Origin: Octopus sinensis
Taxonomy: Eukaryota
NCBI RefSeq assembly: GCF_006345805.1
Contig: NC_043008.1
Location: 49,104,001 to 49,168,000 of the forward strand
Reading direction: 5' to 3'
Length of the DNA: 64,000 nucleotides
The position numbers were made by a program, and so were the translations under genes. Shown one piece after another: positions 51,050 through 64,000 of the stretch (within the stretch, counting starts at the first letter, position 1; each line of letters starts with the position of its first letter). The notes under the pieces were generated by a model. It was given only the letters and a program-made list of their open reading frames with translations, was not told where the DNA came from and searched no databases.

Positions 51050-52650
51050 ACAGACTTTACAAAATATTCAGAAATGAAAATGTAAGATTATTTTTCCTTC
51101 ACACAATAGAAAAGTTTTCTCACACCAAGGTGACATACTTTAACGTGAATACATTCAAGAAATTTATAATGTGGGTCAAACGGAGAAGTACACTGCAGAT
51201 AAGAAATAAATACACACCTTCCAATTTAAACATTGATAAAAAATGTCAAACTTCTAGACAGAAAGGCTGGTTCACCAATGTGATTTCTTTTATCTTGCAA
51301 TGAAAGGATTTCTCAGAAATATTACTCAGACACTTTGTCAGTCTGTCGTGAAGAATGTGTCACAATTAAGGCCAGGAGACCTCAGTAATTGCGATGGATT
51401 CTTTCTCAATAAGAATATTCAACAATTCCTTGTTGGAGTGAATTGTTCAGGGGCAAAAGGCAATGGGGGTGCCCTGTTTGTGTTGCAGTCAGAACTATGT
51501 CGGTGACATCACTCTCAAAAGTAAATGGCACTGAGATGTTGATAGCATGAAAAACAAGCTTCTTCTATATTGACTTTAATATTTCTGAAGGTTCTTGAAA
51601 GATTGGTAAAATGGTACATTTCACTTTATCAGGAAAAAGTGATTTGTAGTAAAAGATAACCAACCCAATGAATTTAAGTGGCAACATTCTATCAGGAGGG
51701 TCAGGAGTTCTTTTGTATCATGAAAGTATAACTATTTGCCCATAGAATCTTATGCGCTTTTTTTTTTGTGGAAAAAATAAACGCATTTTTGCTAAATAAA
51801 GTGATATTTTTAGACGTTTGGCACATGACAGAAATGCTTTTAAATGTCTGTCATAATCTTCCTTAGAATTACCAACACAGAATGATGTTATTTAAATATG
51901 TGTAGGTAGATCCAGTCAGTAATTCCGTCAGATAATTTGACTCGACGCCCACTGGAAAACATATCAAGGCATTCATAGAGTTTGAGGAGAGTCTTGTATA
52001 CTGGTGCCATTGTTCCAAGACTTGAATAGTCACATAAAGATAATCTTTCATAGCCAATAGCAACTGATGCCAAGCATGTTTTATATTGACCTTACTAAAG
52101 CAGGAATGCTGCAATTCGGCACTGATAGCTTCATCAATGACAGGTAGCACAAAAGTATTAACAAGTGTACCAATATTGACACGATAAGGTGTCTTTTATG
52201 ATTTTCATTTTTTGGTTACTAAGATCTAAGCTCTCTGTAGTGAGTTACTAGGTTGTATGATGCCTTCTTGGAGAAAGCATTCAGTTCTTGACCTTTGAAT
52301 TTGGAACCATTCACGATATCACTTCAAGTAGGCATAGCAATAGGCGCCATATTGGTGAATGGTGAAACTAGTGGAATCTCTAGGCAAACGAAATTTGACA
52401 GTGCTAGATGGACTTCTGAGCCATTAACCATTACTGTTCAGGAACTTGGTACAATGTCTTGGTACCATGCACAGGAGACACAGGAACCAAGTTAAATCAT
52501 TTTTGATAGTGAGGTACTTTTCAGAACTCTCCACATTACATATGACGTATTTTATTTTCACACATTATATTTTTACTGACCAACAGAAAGAGGTTGTGAG
52601 AACCAATTTACATACGATTATCTGCACATTATCTTCTACTTGTTTCAACC
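51050..52650 (-). mobile_element. Gypsy/Ty3 LTR-retrotransposon pol remnant
   Basis: LQEGIIQPSNS, FSKVNIKHAWHQ, TYLNNIILC (decayed YLDD), RNase H-like ESDVTDIV; many stops; no LTRs seen. Confidence 0.8.
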
Positions 52651-53648
52651 ATTAGACTGCGGCCATACTGGGACATCGTTTTGAAGAACTTTTAGTCAAA
52701 TTTACTAAAGTTTTTGAAGCCTGGTACTTAATTTATCAGTCCCTTGGGCCGAACCACTAAATTTCAGGGATGCAGAGTGGTGGAGAAACAAACACAGATA
52801 CACATACAATATACATATATATATTATATTATATTATATTATTATCATCGTTTAACGTCTGTTTTACGTGCTAGCACGGTTTGGACGGTTCGACAGGGGT
52901 CTGGGAATCCAGGAGGCTGCACCAGGCTCCAGTCTGATCTGGCAGTGTTTCTACAGCTAGATGCCCTTCCTAACGCCAACCACTCCGTGAGTGTAGTGGG
53001 TGCTTTTTATGTGCCACTAGCACAGGTGCCAGGGGAGGCTGGCAGCAGCCACGATCTGTTGGTGCTTTTTACATGCCACCGGCACAGAAGCCAGTATACA
53101 ACAGGCTTCATTCAGTTCAGAGATTCCTCGTGGATTTCTATCACAGTCCACTGTGACAAGAGGTGAAAACTAATACTACTAATATTACATAAATGTTATG
53201 GTAACACAGACAGATGACTTAACATCAATTTGCTGAACCAAGATATACGTTAATTGAGAAGCAACGAACTGACCGAGTCATTAATGAGTTAGACAAAATG
53301 CTGAGTGGAATTTCATCCACTTTTACATTCCGAATTCGAATTCCTCTGAGGCTGACTTTGTCTTTCATTCTGCTTTGGAATTGATGAAATAAGTATCAGT
53401 TGAGCACAGGGGTTGACAGAATTGACAAACCACTGAAATCCAACAATTTCAGGTCCTGAGCCTTTAGTAGAAAGAATTATTATTATTACTAAATTCCACT
53501 GAGGTCGACTTTAACTTTCGGGGTCAATAAAATAAGTACCAGTTGAACACTGGGGGTTGATGTAACCAATTCATCCCTTCCCTAGAATTCTTGCCCTTGT
53601 GGCAAAATTTGAAACCATTATTATTATCACTATTATTATCATCATCAG

Positions 53649-53679
<31 letters not shown>

Positions 53680-53691
53680 TCTTTTGTTCAC

Positions 53692-53826
53692 TCAGCAATT
53701 TGTTGCTGTTCAGCCAGTGTTGGACAGCTGAGATATCAAACAGCATCCTGCCATCTTTCTTATATTCCTTGCTGTGCCAAATAACCTGGCTTTCGGGAGA
53801 ATCAGGAAATTTGAGCAGACAAAATC
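53692..53826 (-). CDS. Candidate coding exon (possibly N-terminal part of the BEN gene)
   Basis: ttctaatgttttaag acceptor; open phase-1 frame FCLLKFPDSPESQVIWHSKEYKKDGRMLFDISAVQHWLNSNKLL; donor CTGA/GTGAAC, or stop at 53675. Confidence 0.45.
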
Positions 53827-54019
53827 CTTAAAACATTAGAAAAATTACTTTGCAGCATTTGTCCCGGCTCTTTACATTCTGAGTTCAAAACCCACAGAGA
53901 CCAACTTTGCCTTAAATCTTTCCAGTGTTGACAAAATAAGATAACCAGAAAAGAATTGGTTTGATATAATCAACTAACTCTTCACTTCAAAATTATGGCT
54001 TTCTGCCTAAATCAAGCAC

Positions 54020-54605
54020 CAATGCCGGTGCCACATAAAAAGAACCTGTGCTAGTGTCTTATAAAACGCACCCATACTGGTTCTACATGCAAAGCATTTG
54101 TGCCGGTTCCACATAAAATGTATTCATGCCAGTTCCACATAGAATGCAATCATATTGGTTCCACATAGAATGCAATCGTGCCAGTACCACGTATGAAGCA
54201 CTCATACTGGTGCCATGAAGGGAGCACTTGTACAGGTCCCACATAAGGAGCACTTGTGCAGGTGCAACATATTGAAGCACTTGTGCCAGAGTCACATGAA
54301 AGAGCACTCATGCCAGTGTCACATATGGAGCACTAGTGCTGGTGCCACATAAAGAGCACTCATGCTGGTGCCATGTAAAAGGCACCCATGCTGGTGCCAC
54401 GTACGAAACACCGGTGCTGGTGCCTCATAAAAAGCATCCAGTACACTCTGTAAAATGGTTGGCGTTAGGAGTGGCATCCAGCCATAGAAACCATGCCAGG
54501 GCAGACAATTAGAGCCTGGTGTAGCTTTCCAGCCTTGCCAGCTCCTGTCAAGCCGTCCAACCCATGCCAACATGGAAAACAGATGTTAAATGACAATGAT
54601 GGAAA
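54020..54605 (+). repeat. RTE-derived element with an approximately 25-bp minisatellite
   Basis: about 16 diverged units of gtgccacataaaaagcacccatgctg (54020-54430), then RTE-type 3' end and gat tail. Confidence 0.8.
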
Positions 54606-54728
54606 ATTGGCAGAATTGTTAGAGCATCAGAAAAAAAGGCCTTGTGGTACTTCTGGCTTTTCACGTTCTGAGTTCATATTCTGCCATGGTCAACTTTGCC
54701 TTTCAATGCATCAGAGTGAATATATTAA

Positions 54729-55124
54729 CCCTTTTGTTACTGTATTTCTTTTGAGAGGTTCTGTGTTTCTTTCAATTACTATAAATATAACAAAGAATTT
54801 CATAAAATAACTTAGTTATCTTTCAGCTAGTATTAGTAGCATAAATTGTGACTAAGGTCTGGTGGAAGATTTTAATTCAAAACTTTTGAAAACAAGACAT
54901 TTGTACTCAGAGCCAGAGGCAGTTTCAGCCGGGTTGGTATCAAAAAGGTAAATTTGTAGATTGGCTTGTTAGAAATAGCAGCCAAATCTTGTGCAAATTG
55001 AAGATACATTTGACTGTCTTTAACCCTTTTGCTACCATATTTCTGTTAAGATGCTCTGTGTTTCTTTCATTTAATCTTATGTGCTCAGAGCCAAAACGTT
55101 TCAGCTGGGTTGATAACGAAAGGG
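54729..55124. mobile_element. Composite MITE-spacer-MITE (family 2), copy 1
   Basis: two head-to-tail family-2 MITEs separated by an approximately 67-bp spacer; second MITE internally deleted. Confidence 0.8.
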
Positions 55125-55764
55125 ATACCAAGATCTCTGTAATCAACTAAACCCACCCCCACTCCAAAATTGTTGGCCTTATGTGTAATTTAATAATAAT
55201 AATTAGTTTTAAATTAAGGCACATGGCCAGCAATTATGGAGGTAGAGAGTTAGTTGATTACTGGTACCTTATTTTACTGATTAAAAGTGGATGAAAAGCA
55301 CAGGTGACCTTGGCGGAATTTGAACTCAGAACATAAAGAGTCAAAAGAAATGCTGCTAAGCATTTTGTCTAACTTGCTAATGACTCTGCCAGCTCACCAC
55401 CTTTATTGTTGTTAGAATGCCATAAGGGTATTCCTTTGTTTACACCCACATAAACGTCAAATGGATCAGCTGGTTGTTTGTTAATTTCCATTAAAAAAAA
55501 TTTATTTATTTACTTTTGTTTTAATGACGTGTGGAAGGCAACATTTGCTTTGAAGTGAGAGCAGAAAGTGAAAAATGTATGTACGTATATATGAAAGATT
55601 GTGTGCGTGTGTCTGCACACTATGTTCAGCACCCAAACACACATGTACACCTCTTAAATGGACAATCCTATGTGATTGGCTTTTGATGCAGGAGGGAGTT
55701 CGACACTGCTGCCCTCTTTTTAGTTTCTTGCCTTTATATTGGTTCATCTGGGATCTTGAATAGT

Positions 55765-56820
55765 AAGAGGTCAAGTTGTTTCTTGAAAATATCTACTGAG
55801 ATCCCTGAGATGTTTTGATAAGGTGTTAAATAGCTGTGGGCCCTTGAATCCCAAGCTATTGCAGTACATGGTCCTCACCTTAGATGGGACAGCTGGGACT
55901 TTCGGAACAATGCAGTGACATCCTATTGTGGGGGGGGATGTTCTGGTGTAACTCACGATTCCAAAGTTTGGTGCCAGCCCCTCCAATATCTTCCACACAA
56001 ATATAATTGCATACCTCTCCCGTCTTTGCTCCAGGGAGTAGAGTCTCTCCCAGTAGCTCAGCTCTGCCACTAATGCAATCTTCCTTGTGTAACATCACTG
56101 AACCACCTCAAGTTTCGTTATTAATCTGACACCTATAAGGTGACCACAGCTAAGAGCAGTAGTCCAGATGGTCCTCCATAGGTCCAGCATAGTTTCTGCT
56201 TAGTGACACGAATATTTCTTGACTACATGTCACTAAATCTCTCAGGTACTTTGTTTTTGTGTTGCTGGGACATTACGAGGCCCCTGATGTTCAGCAACAA
56301 TATTGGTGTGACATGTAGGGTGTCAGTAGCGGCCACTGGTCTGACACATGTAGAAGTGGCCACCGTGGATCTTTTGTTGTTTGAGGTGGTCATGAATACT
56401 GGTATGTGTTCCTCACACTGGATATCTGGTGAAGCCAGGTCAGCTGCCTTACCATCTTCCGTTGTCCAGCAGCCGCTATCTGCACTGCATCGACAGTTTG
56501 TTTCCTCCTAGGAACAGTGCATGCACCATACACACAGTTCTATGGTGGTGGCATTGTATCTTGTGACCTGACTGTGTGTCGTTGGAGGCTGTTCTTCCTG
56601 GTCTTTGAGCGAGTGGAATAAGTACCACTCACAGAGTACAGCTCCTGTGATGAGCAAATCTGCAACCAGTCCCAATGTCACCATGCCAGCAGGTACCCTT
56701 TACATAGCACTTGCAGACCGGTTTGCTTTCCTTTTTACCAGAGTCACTGCCGGTTCTATTTTGTTTTCCTTGTGATCCCACCTTGGGCCCACATCCATTC
56801 TCAGCTTGCTGACCTGCTAG
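55765..56820 (-). mobile_element. CR1-group LINE remnant
   Basis: LDYCS.LWSP, LSYWERL..YSLEQRRERYAIIFVWKILEG...CNSLGFKGPQLFN; CCCH-like segment near 56.7 kb. Confidence 0.8.
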
Positions 56821-57479
56821 TATGTATGTATGTGTTTATGCATACATGAATCCCACACTCTAGATTAAACAGGTACAGACAAAATGTGGAACAGTTTTAG
56901 TTAGCTCTGGGAAATTTAGAGTTTAAATTTCTGACCTTCTTTTGTGAAACAAATGAAGCCAGTAAGAACGAACCTTAGCCACTTACACATACAGGCAAAA
57001 AAATACATACGGGAACACACACCTTCACTCACTCTCTTTCACACACACATACAAAAAAGATGCATGCATATGTATTTATGTATATACGTGTATATGAAAG
57101 ATAACGGGTGTATGTGTGTGTGTGTGTAGTCTACATACATCTTTCACACGCCATGAAAACAAAAGTAAATGAAATTTTTTTTCGGAAATTAACAAACAAA
57201 TCATATGATCCCATACGATCGAATTTTGACGTTTATGCGGGTGAAAACGAAAGAAAGTAAAAATAAGTGCCAACCCCTCCCCCAAAATTGCTGCCCTTGC
57301 GGCAAAATCTGAAACTATTACTATTATGCAACGTATTAAATTTATTCCCCGAAATTCACTAGTTTATGCCACTTTCATTTTGACACCGAAGTTCAAGGAC
57401 GTTTTGATAAGACGAACATATTGAGCAAGATTATCCGAAATTATATTTCCCAAGGCCCCGTGGGGGCAGCTACCCACAG

Positions 57480-57720
57480 CATCCGTATTAAGATGTCAGA
57501 TGTCACTACTCGTCACTAGCCGCCAGAATACTTGGCTTTCGTAACACCTCAGCCACGCCATCACCCGCCACAATGCGGCCTGTGTTTTGGGTTGCCATGA
57601 AAATTTGGCGCGGATATAGATTCGTTTTTCACCAAAACATTTCTACTTTTTGCTTCGTTTTCACACCCGCATTGAGAAATGTTTTTAGAAAACGGTCTTA
57701 GCGCCAAAAATTGTTTTAGA
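57480..57720. promoter_or_regulatory. CpG-rich promoter-like region with two E2F-type sites
   Basis: tttggcgc 57604-11 and gcgccaaaaa 57701-10 in unique, CpG-retaining sequence. Confidence 0.45.
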
Positions 57721-59014
57721 AGGAAGCGTGAAGGCTGTTCTAAAATAATTTTTATTAATGATATCCATGAAATTGTTTTTATAAATTATTTTTTTAATGA
57801 ATTAATTTGGTGGACTTGTCAAATACGCACCTGTTTATATAACAGACGACCATCATATATATACACACACAAACACACATATATTAATTTTTACTTCGTT
57901 TCAGTCTTTGGACTGCGCCCATGCTGGGGCAACGCCTTGAAGATTTAAGTCAAATAAATCGATCCATTACTTTTTTTTTTTAAACCGTGATATTTATTCT
58001 ATCAGTCTCTGAAACCGAACTGCTAAGTTAAAAGGATGTAAACGAATCAACACCGGTTGACAAGTAGTATGGACACACACACATATATATATACAGATTT
58101 CTTTCGGTATTTGTCTATCAGATTCACTTGCGTGGCATTGGTCTAACAAGAGCTATACAATGCAAGAAACTTGCCTAAGGTGTCACACAGAGGGACCGAA
58201 CCCATGATCACATAGTTGGGAAGCAAACTTGGAGGGAGAAATAGGGGATGGTCACGGCTGAAACGCCTTGAAAACGTCTCAAAGACCCTAAAGATCTGCT
58301 CAATAAAGTCTGACCTCGAGTTAAAACAACGACCGTGTACTTTTGAATGTTTTTTTTTTTTCTTTATCTGACGTTTCGCTATCATCATGGAAACAATGAT
58401 AATTAGTGCCGGAGTATTGATTAATTTCTCTCTCTCTCTTTTCCGAGGACAAACAGCTTCGTCCTTTATAAAAGCAAAGACAAAATTAATAATGATGTTG
58501 ATATTTCCTTCTACAGTTATAAAAGCCATTTAAACAGTTCACCAACTGTCATTTAAAGGATGTATGTGTGGGTGTGTGTGAGGCTTGACGTTTACAGATT
58601 GGATTATCTCATAATTGTTAAAACGAAGGATTGCCTCATATTTTTATTTAAAAGAATCAACTTCAAAATATTAACCAAGGAAAATTGCTACACCCATTTC
58701 TTTTATTATTATTATTGTTGTTGTTAGTCCGTCCTTACGTTCCGAGTTCAAATTCCGCCAAGGTTGACTTTTACTTTCGTCCTTTCGGGGTCGATTAAAT
58801 AAGTACCAGTTACGCACTGGGGTCGATATATTCGACTTAACCCCTTCCCTTCAAATTTGAGGCCTTGTGCTTCCTGTAAAAATTATTATTATTGTTGTTG
58901 TTCTGGTTATTCTTGTAAAAGGTGGCGAGATGCCCGAATCGTTAGCGCACCTGGCGATATGCTTAGCGGCATTTATTCCGGTTCTTTTCGTTCTGAATTC
59001 AAATTCCGGTACGA

Positions 59015-59245
59015 GTGGGATACAAGTCTTTCCAAAAGGATCTTGAAATATTGACTTAACGGTACAAGGGACCCGACAATATCCTCTGTGAATACTTGAT
59101 TGTTTTTAATCTTTTTTTTGTTACAAAATTTATTGTATTTGTTCATTGACCGAAATAATTATAAAACAATTGACTAAATATATTCATTTTTACTGTATCG
59201 TTAAATCAATATTTCGGAACCCAGGCCGGGACCCTTGTATCCCAC
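59015..59245. mobile_element. Decayed fold-back element inserted in a SINE
   Basis: gtgggatacaag/cttgtatcccac and aaatattgacttaacggtaca/tgtatcgttaaatcaatattt inverted pairs. Confidence 0.55.
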
Positions 59246-59785
59246 AGGTGCCCGAACTCCGCCGGGTTCGACTTGGCCTTTCATTCTTTCGGGGGTCAAT
59301 AAAATAAGGAGAAACTTAAAAACCAGTTGAACACTTTTGTCGATTTGCATCGACAAACTCCCTCTCCACAAATTTCAGGCCATGGGCCTATAGTAGAAAG
59401 GATTATTATTATTATTATCAAGTCGATAGGTTTACGAAATCAATAGGGTATAGAAAGAAGTCCTTGGGGTATTTGTTCCAGTTCTTTGGGTTCCACCAAA
59501 ATCAATTTTACCTTTCATACCCCTCGAGATCGATAATACAAAGCACCGGTGAAATACTCAAGTCGGTGTACCCTACAACAGTTTGCTAACCGTGTACCAC
59601 AACTTAAAACCAATTATTATTATTATTATTGGTGAGTGATTAAGGACAAATTTTACCGGATGGTTCTCAATGACATTTAATAAGCCTTACAGTATCACCA
59701 TAACGTTTACTGTTCGGATATTTTTTTAATGATTAAAGAAAATATCACATTAAAACTGAGAAAAAAACTCAAGGTTTTTTTTCTT

Positions 59786-59858
59786 TATATACATATATAT
59801 ACAAACATATATATATACACACATACATATATATATATATATATACACACATACATAT

Positions 59859-59889
<31 letters not shown>

Positions 59890-60500
59890 CACACACATAC
59901 ATATATATACACACATATACATATATATACACACATATACATATATATACACACATATACATATATACACATATATATATATACAAACATATATATACAC
60001 ATATATACACAAACATATATACACATATATATATACACAAACATATACACACACATATATACACACAGATATACACACATATATACACACACAGATATAT
60101 ACATATATATATATACATATATATATACACACACATATACATATATATATATATACATATATATATACACACACATATACATATATATATATATACATAT
60201 ATATATACACACACATATACATATATATACACACATATACATATATATACACACATATACATATATATACACACATATACATATATATACACACATATAC
60301 ATACATATACACACATACATATATACATATACACACATATACATATATACATATACACACATATACATATATACATATACACACATATACATATATACAT
60401 ATACACATATATACATATATATATATACACACATATATACACATATATCTACACATATACACATGTATACATGTATATACACACATATATATACATATAA
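59786..60500. repeat. About 700-bp (TA/CA)n compound microsatellite
   Basis: direct inspection. Confidence 0.95.
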
Positions 60501-61542
60501 TACTAACAATAATCATAAGCAACGATATTTACAATAACAACAACAATAATAATGAATGGTGAGAAAGAAAAACCTTGGAAGCTTTTCCAAGAAATTGAAA
60601 ATAAAGCAAGAACAATAATATATATGCGTGTGTGATACAGATATTGATATATATATATACATATATATATACAGGGAGAGAGATCAGGGTGTAACAGGGT
60701 GGAGGAGAAACAGATTTGAATGTTTATAAAACAAGTGCAGAGGAAAATAAATAGAAAAAATATTAAGAGTAAAAAGTAGCACAAAGGTGGCCGTAAAGTC
60801 AGTGGTTGATTTGCCATTGTGAGATGTGTCAAACTGATCCCGGACTTTGTGGCATACAATGAAAACATTGAAACAATATGGAGATGATGTTCTGAGCGGG
60901 GAAAGACGGCGAAATTTCTGTCTCGATGGACGGGTTTGGGTTAAGGTAAAGGGTATATACTCACCCCAAATATCTATCCTGTTGAGAAAACATACGTTGG
61001 TCTTGATGGGAAGCGAGAATAAGACATTATTGGTGAAATAAATAATAGATCCGATCGCTGAAGCGTCCACAGTTTAAAGCGCAACTGTTACCACAACGAG
61101 GCTTCGATCGATTAGTCATGTCTCAACAGAAAATTCGGGCAATGACTGGCAAATGTCTATGTGGAGATTACAAACCAATTAATAGTTTTCTGTTTAATTT
61201 TAAATAATTAATTCTCGAATTTTACACAGAATTTTTATAGCTTACCCGAAAATATAAATTCAGTTTAGTCCAAAATTCCTGCCCTCTTTCTTTTTTTTTT
61301 TTAGAACATGGGTCTTTCTAGAACTTCTTTGAACAATTTCTGTCAAGTCATTCTTGATTGTGCAATATAAATGTATAATAATAATAAAAGAAAAGAAAAA
61401 AGCAAATTTCTGGAACTTACCGAATTTTATAAATACCTGTAAATGAATAAATCGAAATATCTAAAGTATTTATCTTTGAGATTCAAAAGAAATAAAAACA
61501 ATATATTTGATATCTATGGCTACAAATTAATGCCATTCTTAA

Positions 61543-62062
61543 CCCTTTCATTGCTGTATTTCTTTTGAGATGCTCTGTGTTTCTTTCAATTATTTTAAAT
61601 ATAACAAAGAATTTAGTAAAATAACTTAGTTATCATTGAGTTAGTATTAATAACATAAATTGTGACTAAGGTTTGGTGGAAGATTTTAATTCAAAACTTA
61701 TGAAAACAAGACATTTGTACTCAGAGCCAGAAGCGGTTTCAGCCGGGTTGGTATCAAAAAGGTTCATTTGCAGATTGGCTTGTTAGAAATAGCAGCCAAA
61801 TCTTGTGCAAATTGAAGACACATTTGACTGACTGTCTTTAACCCTTTTGTTACCATATTTCTGTTGAGATGCTCTGTGTTCTTTCATTTAATCTTAAATA
61901 TAACAAAGAATTTAGTAAAATAAATTAGTTATCATTCAGCTCAGTGTTAGGAACATAAATTGTGACTAAGGTTTGGTGAAAGATTTTCATTCAAAATTTA
62001 TGGAAACAAGACATTTATACTCAGAACCAAAGCCAGTTTCAGCCGGGTTGGTAACGAATGGG
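61543..62062. mobile_element. Composite MITE-spacer-MITE (family 2), copy 2
   Basis: same two-MITE arrangement and the same spacer; TTAA at both outer ends. Confidence 0.85.
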
Positions 62063-62827
62063 TTAAATGTCAGTATCATTTTTAATATAAGGACTCATTT
62101 CATTTAGAATCAGATGGATTTTCTATTCTGACTTGGAATCTATAAAATATAACAAACTTTTTGTAGTCGTACTATGCCTTTTGGTATCAAAGGTTTGTCA
62201 GTGCCTATTTCATCACAAGCATCTGTGTCCAAAATAAAAACCCTTTAACTTACAATAATATACCTCAAATAATTATTGCATCACTGGACTTAGACCATTC
62301 CATTATTATGAAGAGTCTTCTACAAGACTGATTTAACCGAGAAACACCGTGAATGGAGATGAAAGTTTCCATCAAAATTCTAAGAAGCTGAGATATCATG
62401 ACCTTACCAGAACACTTTTCATTGCTTCTCCACAGAAAAACTATCTTCCAAACTCCATAATTCATCTCTTCTCATGGCACAGAAAGATAATTCTGCTTAT
62501 GACATTCTATTAAGAGGCACAGTTACTGCTGGTAGGTTTAGATGTTCACTTCATAACCAAAGGGTTTCAGGCTCACTCCCATAATGTGACACCTTGGGCA
62601 AGTGTCTACTATCAGAGCCCCAGGCTAAACCAAAGCCTAGTAAATGGATTTGGTAGATGGAAACCAAAAGAAACCAATCATACATACATACATAAGTACA
62701 TACATACATACATACATAAATACATACATACACACATACATACATACATATATACATACATAGATATATACATACATACATATATATCGTCTGTAAAAAA
62801 CTTAAATCTGAAAGAAGAAGCACACTC

Positions 62828-63019
62828 TAAGATATGGAGCAGTATATATTAAAAATGGGGAAGGCTGGTTTATGGGATCCAAAAACCAGTTGACCTTGGG
62901 TCAACAGGTTTTGGGATCTGACAATACACCATAAAGCCAAACCCTTTATGGACAGGAAACCTAAGGTAATGCCATGAACTGGCCTTCCCCATTTTTAATA
63001 TATACTGCTCCTTATCTTA
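62828..63019. mobile_element. MITE with about 48-bp TIRs
   Basis: taagata(t/a)ggagcagtatatattaaaaatggggaagg inverted at both ends; internal palindrome. Confidence 0.8.
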
Positions 63020-63292
63020 CATAAATGTCAAATGATGAAAATGAGTGCTCAACACTGCATTGGATATAATTTCTTTACTTGTGAATTAAGGCTACCAATG
63101 GTTTTCCTACTTTTCTTAACATGAAACCAATGGTAGCCTTATATATGTGTGTGCAGTGCCAGCAATGATGATGGTAGCAGTGGTGGTGGTGGTGGTGGAG
63201 AGAAGTGGAGGAGGGGAGAAGGAGGGTGATGGTGTTAAATTATTTGTTTCTAATTAGGTACAGTGACAGTGGATATGTCTTATTAAGAAGAG

Positions 63293-63347
<55 letters not shown>

Positions 63348-64000
63348 CCCATGCTATAACACATCTTTGGTTGGACTTGAACAAAGAGACCCAACAGGGC
63401 ATAATAGCTGTAAGGTGCCTGTCTGCTTTATATTATTTATTTACAGCCAGGTCAACTGGGTCGGAGAGTATTAAGAAATTTTGTTGACACTTCACAACAT
63501 TAAACAGCTGCCATACCTTTTACTACACAAATTAAACAATTGAATTCAGTTCTTAGTTTTTATGAAATAATCTAATTGAGACAACTTTGTAGATGGCAGG
63601 TGTAACTCACTCAGGAATCTGGAGGTCAGCAAGGTAACTTGGTGTAGACAAATGGGATGTGAAGACTTTACAAGCTGTGAATAAAAATGCAGTAAATAAA
63701 CCGAGACTCATCAATGATTTTAGTGATAAATTTAGGGCAAAGGTAGGAATCTATCAAGGTTCAGTCCTTGGTCTTCTCCTTTTTGTTATAGTCTTGCAGG
63801 TTTATCATAGCAGAGTTTAAGATTAGTTATCAATGGGAATGCCTGTGTACCAATGATAAAGCCATCATAGTTGAATCTATAGTGAAATTAGTGACAAAAT
63901 TCAAAGTATGGAAGCTAGACCCAGAATTAAGAAGTCTAAAAGTGAAATTATTCAATGCAGTCTTTGGACATGTCAAATCCTGTCAACTGGTCAACACATA

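Overview
Repeat-dense eukaryotic genomic DNA, most likely octopus. This is inferred from the tRNA-derived SINE families, RTE-tailed elements and very long TA/CA/CT microsatellites; no database search was run. The six-frame track is mostly microsatellite noise. Real signal: (1) a minus-strand multi-exon BEN-domain gene, with a phase-compatible chain 40182-40107 > 38552-38357 > 34777-34677 > 31425-30814, a duplicated exon pair near 40.1-40.45 kb, and a last exon ending in a transposase-like Zn motif; (2) a second, less certain minus-strand exon chain at 28.4/23.6/22.1/12.6 kb and some plus-strand exons at 3.0-6.0 kb; (3) many decayed transposons: TIR-bounded DD37E Tc1-like, DD36E Tc1 fragment, mariners, piggyBac deletion derivative plus its MITEs, hAT and maT-type MITEs, near-full-length RTE LINE, CR1-like LINE, Gypsy pol, Penelope-like remnants and a Helentron-type element; (4) several fold-back elements, one carrying a hammerhead-ribozyme motif on each arm. 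No rRNA, genuine tRNA or CRISPR was seen. Coordinates were read by hand, so repeat edges are approximate.
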